Under the pieces are notes generated by a model that saw only the letters and a list, made by a program, of their open reading frames with translations, was not told where the DNA came from and did not search any database. Below are positions 8,198 to 17,362 of a stretch of DNA of 43,429 nucleotides, piece after piece. Source of the stretch: Verrucomicrobiota bacterium (GTDB lineage: Bacteria; Verrucomicrobiota; Kiritimatiellia; UBA8416; SLMC01); the NCBI GenBank assembly GCA_030018915.1, contig JASEHE010000003.1, positions 1-43,429 on the forward strand, read 5' to 3'. Made by a program: the position numbers and the translations under genes. Within the stretch, counting starts at the first letter, position 1, and every line of letters begins with the position of its first letter.

Positions 8198-8947
8198 ATG
8201 AAGACCATCATCACCAGCGACGCGCATCTGGGCGGGCGGCACTGCCGCGTCGAGCGGTTCGTGTCGTTCCTGGACCGGCTCCCGCCGGATGCGGCCCTGA
8301 TCTTGAACGGCGACATTGTGGACGCGTGGCGGTTTCCGTTTCGCGATCCGTGCATGATGAAGGCGCTGGATCGAATCCGGGCGGAGGCGCGGCTGCGGGA
8401 GGTCACCTGGATTCCCGGCAATAACGACGCCGATTTTGTGATACCGGACCCGGGAAGCATTCGATTTGTGTCCGATGTGACGCTGACGCGCGGGATATAC
8501 GTGACGCACGGCCATTCTTTCGACAAGGTCATGCACAATTTCCTTTTCAACATGCCGTTCCGACTGATGCACAAGCTCGAGATTTCTCTTGGGGCCGCGC
8601 CGATAGACGTGGCCACCTACGTCAAGGCGCGATGGGGGTGGCTCTACCGGCTTCTGCAGCGCCACGTGATCCGCGGCATGGCGGCGTACGCGCGGGAGCG
8701 CGGCTACGCGGCGATCGTGTGCGGCCATCTGCACGAGGCGGACGATCGCGTGATCGAAGGGGTCCGCTATCTGAACACCGGAGCGTGGACCGAGCCGGGC
8801 GAACACTATGTAATCATTGAAAATGGCGAGATACGCCTCCGCGCGGTGGAGGGAGCCGAGGCGCGGGCACCGAACACTCAACATGCAACACTCAACATCC
8901 AACGCTCAACGGAAGAGACTCCCCTTCACTTGGACGTTGGACGTTGA
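8198..8947 (+). CDS. LpxH-like calcineurin-type metallophosphoesterase
   Basis: MKTIITSDAHLGG...LNGDIVDAW...IPGNNDADF...VTHGHSFD...VCGHLHEA follow the metallophosphoesterase motif order, as in UDP-2,3-diacylglucosamine hydrolase. The last ~25 codons are encoded by the heptad hairpin repeat, so the native C-terminus is uncertain. Confidence 0.68.
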   Translation: MKTIITSDAHLGGRHCRVERFVSFLDRLPPDAALILNGDIVDAWRFPFRDPCMMKALDRIRAEARLREVTWIPGNNDADFVIPDPGSIRFVSDVTLTRGIYVTHGHSFDKVMHNFLFNMPFRLMHKLEISLGAAPIDVATYVKARWGWLYRLLQRHVIRGMAAYARERGYAAIVCGHLHEADDRVIEGVRYLNTGAWTEPGEHYVIIENGEIRLRAVEGAEARAPNTQHATLNIQRSTEETPLHLDVGR

Positions 8948-8966
8948 ATGTTGGATGTTGAGTCTC
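8873..8966. repeat. Hairpin made of 7-nt tandem repeats
   Basis: Left arm: aacactc aacatgc aacactc aacatcc aacgctc (8873-8907). Right arm: ggacgtt ggacgtt gaatgtt ggatgtt gagtctc (8932-8966), which is the reverse complement of the same AACRYYC unit. The loop is ~24 nt. The element spans the stop codon of the LpxH-like CDS. Confidence 0.75.
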
Positions 8967-9046
8967 GTTTCTTGTTGCATCCGGCCCATCTCGGGCCAGC
9001 GGCCCAACTGAATCCCGAATCCTGAACCTGGCGCCGTGAACTCACC

Positions 9047-9550
9047 GTGAACAAATCCGAATATGATCAGATCGTGAGCCGCATGATCGAGGCGGCAGGG
9101 CACCTGACCCGGTCGTTCGGAATCGGACGGGCGCTGGGGCAGCTTTATGCATGCCTCTACTTCAGTCGGGAGCCGCAATCTCTGAATGACCTGACGCGCG
9201 AACTGGGGATCAGCAAGGGGAGCGCGAGCATGGGGGCGCGCCAGCTCGAGCAGTGGGGCGCCGTGGCCAAGGTGTGGGTCAAGGGCGACCGGAAGGACTA
9301 CTACCGGGCAAATGACGCATTCGGCCGGATCATCAAGAACGCGATCAAGGACCTGGCCGGCAAGCGCATGGAGCGCTCCTCGACCCTGATGGACGAGGTG
9401 GAAGCCGAGCTGAGCCCAGCGCCGGCCGGAGGCGGAACGGCGGCGACTGACGATGCGTTCACGCGCGCGCAGATTCAAAAGATGCGCGCCTTTCAGAAAA
9501 AAGCGCAGGGCTTGTGGGACGGCGTGTTGCTGAGGATGCTGCTGAAGTAG
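9047..9550 (+). CDS. GbsR/MarR-family winged-helix transcriptional regulator
   Basis: FGIGRALGQLYACLYFSREPQSLNDLTRELGISKGSASMGARQLEQWGAVAKVWVKGDRKDYYRA matches the GbsR-type HTH pattern. The GTG start is assumed. Confidence 0.68.
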   Translation: MNKSEYDQIVSRMIEAAGHLTRSFGIGRALGQLYACLYFSREPQSLNDLTRELGISKGSASMGARQLEQWGAVAKVWVKGDRKDYYRANDAFGRIIKNAIKDLAGKRMERSSTLMDEVEAELSPAPAGGGTAATDDAFTRAQIQKMRAFQKKAQGLWDGVLLRMLLK

Positions 9551-9718
9551 AAGATGCGCGTAAAGCTATGCGCCTACGAATGCAGGAACGCCAGATACCG
9601 CAAGAGCAGGTGTGCCAGCAGGCCAATCCGGACCTGTCGCGTGATGGTGTAAGAATGCCCCGTCGGATTGCGTCTATGGGATGCCAGTGAAAGTAAAGGA
9701 GAAAGGAGAAAACGGAAC

Positions 9719-11374
9719 ATGGCTCATCGAGAAGTATCCGTAAGTCCGACCGGGCAGCGATTCCCGATTCCCGAGGCGGCCGACTACGCGAAGGAATTCG
9801 CCCGCCTGCGGAAACTGGTCGACCGGCATCGCCGGGAAGGCCGGGAGATTGTGGTGGTGGTGGGGCTGGGCTTTGTCGGGGCCGTTATGGCCGCCGTGGT
9901 GGCCGATTCGACGGGAAAGAACGGGAAACCCGGCAAGTTCGTGATCGGGATGCAGCGGCCGAGCACGCGGAGTTTCTGGAAGATTCCGCTGCTGAACCGA
10001 GGGATTGCCCCGATGAAGTCGGAGGACCCCGAGGTGGACGTCATCATCCGGCGCTGCGTGAATGAGAAGAAGACGTTCGCGGCAACGTACACGTATGACG
10101 CGCTGCGGCTGGCCGACGTGGTGATCGTGGACGTGCAGTGCGACTACCTCAAGGAATCGCTAGGCAACTGCCGGACCGGCGCCGCGGACATGGAGGCGCT
10201 CGAGGAATCGCTGGGGATAATCGCAGAGCGGATTCCGCCGTCCGCGCTGGTGCTGATCGAAACCACTGTGGCGCCGGGCACGACCGAGCAGGTGGCCTAC
10301 CCGATCATGAAGAGGGCGTTCGAGCAGCGCGGGATCAAGTCCGAGCCGCTGCTCGCGCACAGCTACGAGCGGGTCATGCCCGGGCGGAACTACGTGGGCT
10401 CGATCCGGGATTTCTGGCGCGTGTGCAGCGGAGTGAACGATGAAGCCAAGGCGCGCGTGGTGAAATTTCTCGGGGAGGTGCTGAACACGGCAAAGTACCC
10501 TCTGACGGTTCTGGATCGGCCGATCGAGTCGGAGACGGCGAAGATTGTGGAGAACAGCTACCGGGCTACGATTCTGGCGTTCCTCGACGAATGGTCGCTG
10601 TTCGCCGAGCGCAACGGCGTGGACCTCAAGAAGGTGATCGAGGCGATCAAGGTGCGGCCCACGCATTCGAACATCATCTTCCCGGGGCCCGGCATCGGCG
10701 GGTATTGCCTGCCCAAGGACGGCGGCCTGGGGGTCTGGGCCTACAAGCACGTCCTGGGCTGGGACGACGAGATATTCCGCGTGACGCCGCTGGCGATTGA
10801 CATCAACGATATGCGCGCTCTGCATGCGGCGGAACTGACGCGGGACGCGCTGCGCAACATGGGACGGCCGATCGCGGCCGCCGAAGTATTGCTGCTTGGC
10901 GCGGCGTACCGCGAGGACGTGGGGGATACGCGGTACAGCGGGGCGGAGCTTGTTGTTCGCAAGTTGACGGAGATGGGGGCCGACCTGCGCGCGCACGATC
11001 CATATCTCGATCACTGGTGGGAGTTCGAGGCTCAGGATTTCTACCCGAAGCCGGGCCACAGTTTGGGACGGTTCTTCCACCGCCAGGAGCGGCTCAAGGG
11101 CCTGCGGATCGAATCCGATCTGTGGAAGGCCATGAAGGACGCGGACGCGATCGTGCTGGCGGCGCGGCATGCGCCCTATCTGGCGCTCGATCCAGACCGG
11201 GTGGTGAAGGCCGTGGGCAAGCCGTGCGCGATCGTGGATTGCTTCTGCATCCTGGACGACGCGAAGATGCGCCGGTACTTCGAACTCGGCTGCGAGGTCA
11301 AGGGCATGGGCCGCGGCCATATCCAGCGCATCAAGGAATCCGCGCGGAAACAAACGAGAAAGGGCAGAGAGTAG
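9719..11374 (+). CDS. Nucleotide-sugar dehydrogenase (UDP-glucose/GDP-mannose dehydrogenase family, long form)
   Basis: The ATG follows AAAGGAGAAAGGAGAAAA. Contains the Rossmann VVVVGLGFVGAVMAAV, the motif ...ENSYRATILAF..., and the catalytic-Cys region PGPGIGGYCLPKDG. Confidence 0.85.
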   Translation: MAHREVSVSPTGQRFPIPEAADYAKEFARLRKLVDRHRREGREIVVVVGLGFVGAVMAAVVADSTGKNGKPGKFVIGMQRPSTRSFWKIPLLNRGIAPMKSEDPEVDVIIRRCVNEKKTFAATYTYDALRLADVVIVDVQCDYLKESLGNCRTGAADMEALEESLGIIAERIPPSALVLIETTVAPGTTEQVAYPIMKRAFEQRGIKSEPLLAHSYERVMPGRNYVGSIRDFWRVCSGVNDEAKARVVKFLGEVLNTAKYPLTVLDRPIESETAKIVENSYRATILAFLDEWSLFAERNGVDLKKVIEAIKVRPTHSNIIFPGPGIGGYCLPKDGGLGVWAYKHVLGWDDEIFRVTPLAIDINDMRALHAAELTRDALRNMGRPIAAAEVLLLGAAYREDVGDTRYSGAELVVRKLTEMGADLRAHDPYLDHWWEFEAQDFYPKPGHSLGRFFHRQERLKGLRIESDLWKAMKDADAIVLAARHAPYLALDPDRVVKAVGKPCAIVDCFCILDDAKMRRYFELGCEVKGMGRGHIQRIKESARKQTRKGRE

Positions 11375-11566
11375 CTTGTGACTCCGATCCGTATGCTGCC
11401 CATGTTGTTTAGAAGCGCGGAAGGCGCCAGAGCCGCCGGACGAAGCGCACTGGCTGATTGAGAATCGTGGGCTTCGTTTCATTCTCCGCGGCTCAAGCGC
11501 GCGCAAGCTCAAAAGGCACAAGAAGACACAAAAACTCCGCGCAAAAAGCGGCACGGGAGGCTGGTC

Positions 11567-13510
11567 GTGTGCGGCATAGCGGGTGAGATCAACCTGAGAC
11601 TGGGGCCGGTGAGGGCCCTGCGTTCAGATCTTGAAGTGATGAACCGGCTACAGCAGCACCGGGGTCCGGACGGCGAGGGCATATGGGTCCATCCGCGCGG
11701 GTGTCTAGGGTTCGGCCACCGGCGACTGAGCATCATTGATCTGGCCACCGGCGCTCAGCCCATGACGGACGGGCAGGGAAACTGGGTTACCCACAATGGG
11801 GAAATCTACAACTTCGAGGCGCTTCGCCGGGAACTTGGCGAAAGATTGTTTTCGACTCGTTCCGACACGGAGGTCATTCTGATGGCCTACCGAAAATGGG
11901 GGGAGGACTGCGTGGCTCGTTTCCGTGGTATGTTCGCGTTTGCCCTTTGGGATGAGGCGCGGCAGGCTCTGTTCTGCGCCCGCGATCGCTTCGGGATCAA
12001 GCCATTCTGCTATACGGTCCGGGAAGACGCGTTCTTCTTCGCATCGGAAGCCAAAGCGCTCCTGCCGTTTCTCCCGGACGTCGAGACGGACGTGGAGGGG
12101 CTGAAGGACTACCTGACTTTTCAGTTCTGCCTGGCCGGGAAGACGCTCTTCCGGGGCGTTCAGGAACTGCTGCCCGGGCATGTTCTGACGGTCGCCGGCG
12201 GGACCGTCCGGACGCGGCGATACTGGGAAGTGCAGTACGATATTGACTTCGGGATGGACGAGAGGGCTGCGGAGGCGCGGCTGCGCGCGGGCGTTGAAGA
12301 GTCCGTTCAGATGCACCTCCGGAGCGACGTCCCTCTGGGGGCCTATCTCAGCGGAGGCCTCGACTCCAGCATCGTCTGCTCCGTGGCCCGGCAGCGGGGC
12401 GCAGCGGCCTTCCCGGTCTTCACTGGGCGCTTCCCGGGCTATCCGGAGTACGACGAAAGCCGCTACGCCGGCGCGCTGGCCGACGCGCGCGGATTGGAGT
12501 TTTGCCCGGTTGATCTGGGGGCTGAGGACTTCATCAGGCGCCTGCCCGCCTTGGTTCGCGCATTGGACTATCCGACAGCCGGCGCCGGCTCGTTCCCACA
12601 GTTCATGGTCTCGGCTTTCGCGCGGAGGCATCGCAAAGTTGTGCTGGGTGGGCAAGGTGGCGATGAGGTCTTCGGGGGTTACACGCGCTACTTGATTGCC
12701 TATTTCGAGCAGTGCATCAAGGCTGCGATCGAAGGGACCATGCGGGATGGCCGTTTCGTCGTGACCTATGAATCGATCATCCCAAATCTTGTTGCGCTCA
12801 GGAAATACAAGCCGGCCTTGCAGGAATTCTGGAGGGAAGGACTGTTTGAGGATATGGACCGACGGTACTTCCGGCTCGTGAACCGAGCATCGGGGTTTCA
12901 TGGCGAGGTTCGATGGGAATTACTGGGCGACTACTCGCCGTTCGAGGCCTTCCGGGCGATCTTCCACGGGCCAAACGTGCGGAAAGAGTCCTACTTTGAC
13001 CTCATGACGCACTTCGATTTTAAGACGCTGCTTCCGGCTCTGCTCCACGTGGAGGACCGCGTGAGCATGGCACACGGCATTGAATCCCGGGCGCCCCTGC
13101 TGGATCATCCGCTTGTCGAATTCGCCGCCACGATCCCCGCCAACATCAAGTTCAAGGACGGGAACCTCAAGCACGTCCTCCGCGGCGCCTTTGTGGGCCA
13201 GATCCCCGCGCTGGTCGCGCAGCGCCAGGACAAGATGGGATTCCCGGTTCCGTTCACGGAATGGAGCCGTGGGCCGGCGCGGGAGTTCGTGGTTGACACG
13301 CTTTCGTCGGACAGGGCCCGAGGCCGGCCCTTGGTGGACAACGCCAAGGTCGTGGAGAATCTCGATCGAGAGCCGCGATTCGGCCGCAGGCTGTGGGGCC
13401 TTCTGTGTCTGGAATTGTGGCAACAGGAGTTCCATGACAGGCGCCACGAGTTTCGGAGGCCGGCGCCGGGCGACGCCGGAGACTCCGTGCCCGGCGTTCC
13501 GCGAGGCTAA
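11567..13510 (+). CDS. Asparagine synthase (glutamine-hydrolysing) family amidotransferase
   Basis: GTG start followed by CGIAGE (the Ntn Cys2 nucleophile), then HRGPDGEG...HRRLSIIDL...HNGEIYN and the PP-loop LSGGLDSS. Confidence 0.9.
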   Translation: MCGIAGEINLRLGPVRALRSDLEVMNRLQQHRGPDGEGIWVHPRGCLGFGHRRLSIIDLATGAQPMTDGQGNWVTHNGEIYNFEALRRELGERLFSTRSDTEVILMAYRKWGEDCVARFRGMFAFALWDEARQALFCARDRFGIKPFCYTVREDAFFFASEAKALLPFLPDVETDVEGLKDYLTFQFCLAGKTLFRGVQELLPGHVLTVAGGTVRTRRYWEVQYDIDFGMDERAAEARLRAGVEESVQMHLRSDVPLGAYLSGGLDSSIVCSVARQRGAAAFPVFTGRFPGYPEYDESRYAGALADARGLEFCPVDLGAEDFIRRLPALVRALDYPTAGAGSFPQFMVSAFARRHRKVVLGGQGGDEVFGGYTRYLIAYFEQCIKAAIEGTMRDGRFVVTYESIIPNLVALRKYKPALQEFWREGLFEDMDRRYFRLVNRASGFHGEVRWELLGDYSPFEAFRAIFHGPNVRKESYFDLMTHFDFKTLLPALLHVEDRVSMAHGIESRAPLLDHPLVEFAATIPANIKFKDGNLKHVLRGAFVGQIPALVAQRQDKMGFPVPFTEWSRGPAREFVVDTLSSDRARGRPLVDNAKVVENLDREPRFGRRLWGLLCLELWQQEFHDRRHEFRRPAPGDAGDSVPGVPRG

Positions 13511-13517
13511 CGGGGAA

Positions 13518-15023
13518 ATGGCGGCAGAAACCATGGCGGCAGGCGTGAACACGCGCGGGGAAATTACCCGGCTGACACGGAGTGTCGTGATCTACGGTTC
13601 AGGGGATGTCCTGGTGAAGCTCGCCAATTTCCTGCTGCTCCCGGTGTTCACGGCGTATCTTTCGCCGGCCGACTACGGGGTGGCCTCGATCCTCTGGGTC
13701 ATCGCCTTCTTGGCCACCTCGGTCTTCTCCCTTGGTCTGACGGCCGCGATGGGCCCCTGTTTTTACGCGGACCGGAGCGCCGAACACAAAGCCGCCACGA
13801 TCTGGACCTCGATGGCAATCCTGTTGGCCGGCGCCCTATGCCTCGTGGCCGTCGCGGAACTGCTCTCGTGCCGTATTTCCGGCTGGGCTTTCGGCAGCGG
13901 GGCGCATGCCCACCTGGTCCGCCTGACGCTGTGGACGGCGGCGCTGACCATACTCGTGGACCCGCTGCATCTCTACCTCCGGTTTGAGGAGCGCGCCCGG
14001 ACCGTCGTCATCCTTGGTGTCACCTCCTCGCTGGCGACGATCGGGCTCGGGGTCTTGTTTGTGGTGGCGTTGCGGAGGGGGGTGACTGGTTTGATCGAGG
14101 CGGGGTGGCTTGGCCGGATGGTAACGCTCGCGATGTTCCTCTGGCCCGTGGCGAGGGAACTGCGGCCACATGTGTCGCGGGATATCGGGAGAGAACTGCT
14201 GAAGATGGGATTGCCGCTCCTGCCATCTTTCTGCTTCATCTTCATCCTCCAACACGGGAGCAAATGGGCCCTCCAAAGAACTTTGGGGAGCGGGACCCTG
14301 GGCGTCTACCAGGTCGGATTCAGCATGGGGATGCTGATGGGGATCGTGGTGTCAGCCTTCCAAAGCGCCTGGTATCCCTACTTCATGTCATTCTCGGAAC
14401 GGCTGGACGAGGCTAAGGGACTCTTCGGCCGGGTGCTTGCCTACTATCTGTTGAGCGCAGGAGGGCTCGGGATTCTCTTCTTCATCTGGGCCAGACCGGT
14501 AGTTATGCTCATGGCAACCGACGAGTTCCATGGCGCCTTCCAAGCGGTCGGTTTGGTGGCCTTCGGGCAGGTTCTCCAAGGAGTATACTACATTCTACTG
14601 CCCGGCATGTATTTTGCCCGGGAAATCCAAAGCCAGACGCCGATCCAGTCCGTGGCGGCCGCGGGCGCCATAGCCCTGAACCTGCTGATGATCCCTGTCT
14701 TCGGGGTGCTGGGGGCGGCGCTAAGCCTGGCCGGAGGGTTCTTGATCCTGATCATCCTCACACACGCCTGGAACCGATTCCGGCGCCGCGCCTACCTTCG
14801 TGTGGTCTACCCCGCCAGGCAACTGGCATCCTTCTCGGTAATCGTCATTGCCGTAGGCGGCGCGTTGACGGTCCCCCGCTCCTGGCCGCTAGGCGTGGAG
14901 ATCGGCATGGCTTTCGCCCTGCTGCCGGTAGTGGCCGGCCTCGTGCTGGCGCTGTTGACCCGCCAGGAACGCGAGGGCCTTGGGGCAGTGCTGAAGCGGT
15001 TGTGCCGCGCGCCTGCCGGCTGA
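13518..15023 (+). CDS. Wzx-type oligosaccharide flippase (MOP superfamily)
   Basis: Starts at an internal ATG 8 nt after the upstream stop. About 12-14 hydrophobic helices, with an N-terminal pattern (VIYGSGDVLVKLANFLLLPVFTAYLSPADYG) typical of polysaccharide biosynthesis flippases. Confidence 0.8.
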   Translation: MAAETMAAGVNTRGEITRLTRSVVIYGSGDVLVKLANFLLLPVFTAYLSPADYGVASILWVIAFLATSVFSLGLTAAMGPCFYADRSAEHKAATIWTSMAILLAGALCLVAVAELLSCRISGWAFGSGAHAHLVRLTLWTAALTILVDPLHLYLRFEERARTVVILGVTSSLATIGLGVLFVVALRRGVTGLIEAGWLGRMVTLAMFLWPVARELRPHVSRDIGRELLKMGLPLLPSFCFIFILQHGSKWALQRTLGSGTLGVYQVGFSMGMLMGIVVSAFQSAWYPYFMSFSERLDEAKGLFGRVLAYYLLSAGGLGILFFIWARPVVMLMATDEFHGAFQAVGLVAFGQVLQGVYYILLPGMYFAREIQSQTPIQSVAAAGAIALNLLMIPVFGVLGAALSLAGGFLILIILTHAWNRFRRRAYLRVVYPARQLASFSVIVIAVGGALTVPRSWPLGVEIGMAFALLPVVAGLVLALLTRQEREGLGAVLKRLCRAPAG

Positions 15024-15093
15024 AAGGGCGCCGGGACGGAGCGGTTGCGGCGGATATTGTGGACAGGCGAACGACCGAACGGAGGTCTGCTTC

Positions 15094-16053
15094 ATGAGGA
15101 TACTGATCACGGGAGGCGCGGGGTTCATCGGCTCGAACTTGGCGGATAAGCTCCTGGCGCGAGGCGACGACATTCTGGTTATCGACAACTTCACGACCGG
15201 GCGGCGCGATAATCTGCCCAAAACCGGCAGGATCGCGGTCGAGGAGGGCACGATCGCCGACTGTGAATGGGTTGGCGGGATCGTCCGCTCCTTTGGGCCG
15301 GATACCGTGGTTCATGCCGCCGCTTCCTACAAGGATCCCGAGAACTGGGCCGAGGATGCTCGGACCAATGTGCTGGGCACGGTGAACGTGGTCCGGGCGT
15401 GCGAAGCCGCCGGCGCGCGACGCCTGATCTATTTCCAGACGTCCCTGTGTTATGGCTTGCGCCCCCGGGAACAGCCGATCACGTTGAAACACCCGGTCCG
15501 CGCGGAGGGGAGCAGCTACGCGATCAGCAAGACGGCGGGGGAGCAGTACATCATGCTGAGCAAGCTCGACTACCTCTCGTTCCGGCTGGCCAATGTCTAT
15601 GGGCCGCGGAATCTCAGCGGGCCACTGCCGACCTTCTACATGCGACTAACCACCGGGAAGCCCTGCTTCGTTGTCGATACCCGACGGGACTTCATCTTTG
15701 TCCAGGATCTGGTGGACGTCGTCGCGCGGGCCATTGACGGGAAAGGGCGGAGAGGCGTCTACCACGTCGCCACTGGAAGCGACTATGCCATCAAGGATCT
15801 CCTCGTGGCCGTTCTGAAGGCGCTTGGCCGACAGGTCCCCGCCATCGAGGTTCGTCCGCGCAACGAAGACGATGTTTACACCATTCTGCTCGATCCGTCC
15901 GAAACCGCGCTGGACTTCGAGTGGCGCGCCACGACTCGGCTCGAAGACGGGGTCCGGCAAGCGGTTGAGTGGTACAAGACCCATCCGTTCGGGCAGACCT
16001 TCACTCACCTGAAGGAGGTCCAGGTGGCGAGCGATCCGAGGCCGGTCCGTTGA
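15094..16053 (+). CDS. NAD-dependent epimerase/dehydratase (extended SDR)
   Basis: MRILITGGAGFIGSNL..., then S..YAISK (the YxxxK catalytic motif). GGAGG lies upstream. Confidence 0.88.
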   Translation: MRILITGGAGFIGSNLADKLLARGDDILVIDNFTTGRRDNLPKTGRIAVEEGTIADCEWVGGIVRSFGPDTVVHAAASYKDPENWAEDARTNVLGTVNVVRACEAAGARRLIYFQTSLCYGLRPREQPITLKHPVRAEGSSYAISKTAGEQYIMLSKLDYLSFRLANVYGPRNLSGPLPTFYMRLTTGKPCFVVDTRRDFIFVQDLVDVVARAIDGKGRRGVYHVATGSDYAIKDLLVAVLKALGRQVPAIEVRPRNEDDVYTILLDPSETALDFEWRATTRLEDGVRQAVEWYKTHPFGQTFTHLKEVQVASDPRPVR

Positions 16054-16054
16054 C

Positions 16055-17362
16055 ATGCCCAGGGTTCTAGTCATCTACTGGTACCGCGGTGTCTATCCGC
16101 TTCGATCGACCATCAGGGATCACCTGTTCTGTTTCCGGAGGGAGGCCCGGGATGCGAGGACGGTCTACCTCAACCTGGCCTTTCGATGGGCGCTTGACGT
16201 TGTGGCCAAGATGTCCTTCGATCTTGTCATCTTTCATACGCTTTTCTTCGAGGTGAGGGGGAGCGCGCCGGAGGAGTTCGCGCGGGTTCTGGAAGAGGCC
16301 AAGCGAGCGGCTAGTCGGACTCCCTGCCGGGTCGGCATGCCCCAGGATGAGCATTTCAAGACAGACCTGATTCATCGCCTGGCCTTGGAACTCGGGATGA
16401 CCCACATCCTGACCTGTGCCCCCGAATCGGAATGGAAGGCCCTCTACGATCCGGCGCGATTCGGTGGTGTGGCGTTTTGCCGGGCGCTCCCCGGGTATCT
16501 GTCCTCCGAGTTCATTTCACGTGTCGAACGGCTGGGCCGAACGGCGGGTAGGCGGGCGATCGACATCGGGTACAGGGTGCGCCCTGCCCGGCCATCGGAC
16601 GGACGGCATGGGATGCTAAAGTCCCAGGTGGCCGATGCGGTTGCCGTGCGAGCGCGCCGGAGGGGCATGAAGGTAGACATTGCCGTCGGGGAGAACCGCG
16701 CGCTGCTCGGCGCCCGGTGGACGCGGTTCCTCCTCCGGTGCCGATGCGTGCTGGGAGCGGAAGGCGGGGCGAGCCTCCTGGATTGCGACGGCTCCATCCG
16801 TCGGCGTGGAGAAGGCTACATGGCCACACACCCGGGCGCGGAGTTCGACGAGGTTGAGGCAGCTTGTTTCCCGAATCTGGATGGGGGCATTCGGTACGTC
16901 TCGATATCGCCTCGGCATCTGGAGGCTTGCGCGACCCGAACCTGCCAGATACTCGTTGAAGGCGAGTACAACGGGATTCTCCAGGCAGGGGTTCACTTCC
17001 TGGCGTTGCGCAAGGATTTCAGCAACATTGAGGAGGTCCTGGACAACGCATGCGATGAAGAACTTACCAACCGAATCGCCGAACGGGCCCGCCGCGAGGT
17101 TGTCGATTCGGGACGCTTCGACTACGGGTCTTTTGTTTCCAGCGTCCTGCGCCTAAGCGCCGACGCCGGGCCGCGGACCCCAGCGTCCTGGACGCCCGGT
17201 CGGCAGGCCCTGGCCGATCTGCAGGACGCCTTCAACTGGCTCCTGGTCATCCTGCGCCACTGCCTCTGGACGAGGCCTAGGCGACTTGTGAAGGCGCTCT
17301 GTTCGCGGGGAAATCTTCCGTTCCCGAGAGGCAGGACTCCTGCTGCCGACGCCGCTCCATGA
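16055..17362 (+). CDS. Hypothetical protein, possibly a CgeB/DUF3880-like glycosyltransferase-related protein
   Basis: High third-position GC and tight operon packing support coding. The C-terminal ISPRHLEACATRTCQILVEGEYNGILQAGVHFLALRKDFSNIEEVL...IAERARREVV resembles the CgeB-type xPRxFEAxaxG...f...eEl pattern, from memory only. Confidence 0.45.
   Translation: MPRVLVIYWYRGVYPLRSTIRDHLFCFRREARDARTVYLNLAFRWALDVVAKMSFDLVIFHTLFFEVRGSAPEEFARVLEEAKRAASRTPCRVGMPQDEHFKTDLIHRLALELGMTHILTCAPESEWKALYDPARFGGVAFCRALPGYLSSEFISRVERLGRTAGRRAIDIGYRVRPARPSDGRHGMLKSQVADAVAVRARRRGMKVDIAVGENRALLGARWTRFLLRCRCVLGAEGGASLLDCDGSIRRRGEGYMATHPGAEFDEVEAACFPNLDGGIRYVSISPRHLEACATRTCQILVEGEYNGILQAGVHFLALRKDFSNIEEVLDNACDEELTNRIAERARREVVDSGRFDYGSFVSSVLRLSADAGPRTPASWTPGRQALADLQDAFNWLLVILRHCLWTRPRRLVKALCSRGNLPFPRGRTPAADAAP

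Noticed and set aside
10160-11554. Long antisense ORFs opposite real genes (10160..11554-, 11705..12901-, 17650..18924-, 21955..23265-, 23352..24653-, 24467..25879-, 31297..32355-, 36646..37554-, 40156..41529-, 41421..42956+ and similar)
   Set aside because: These are typical high-GC shadow ORFs. They are Arg/Pro/Gly-rich, carry no recognisable motifs, and lie opposite strands encoding clearly conserved proteins with a strong GC3 signal.
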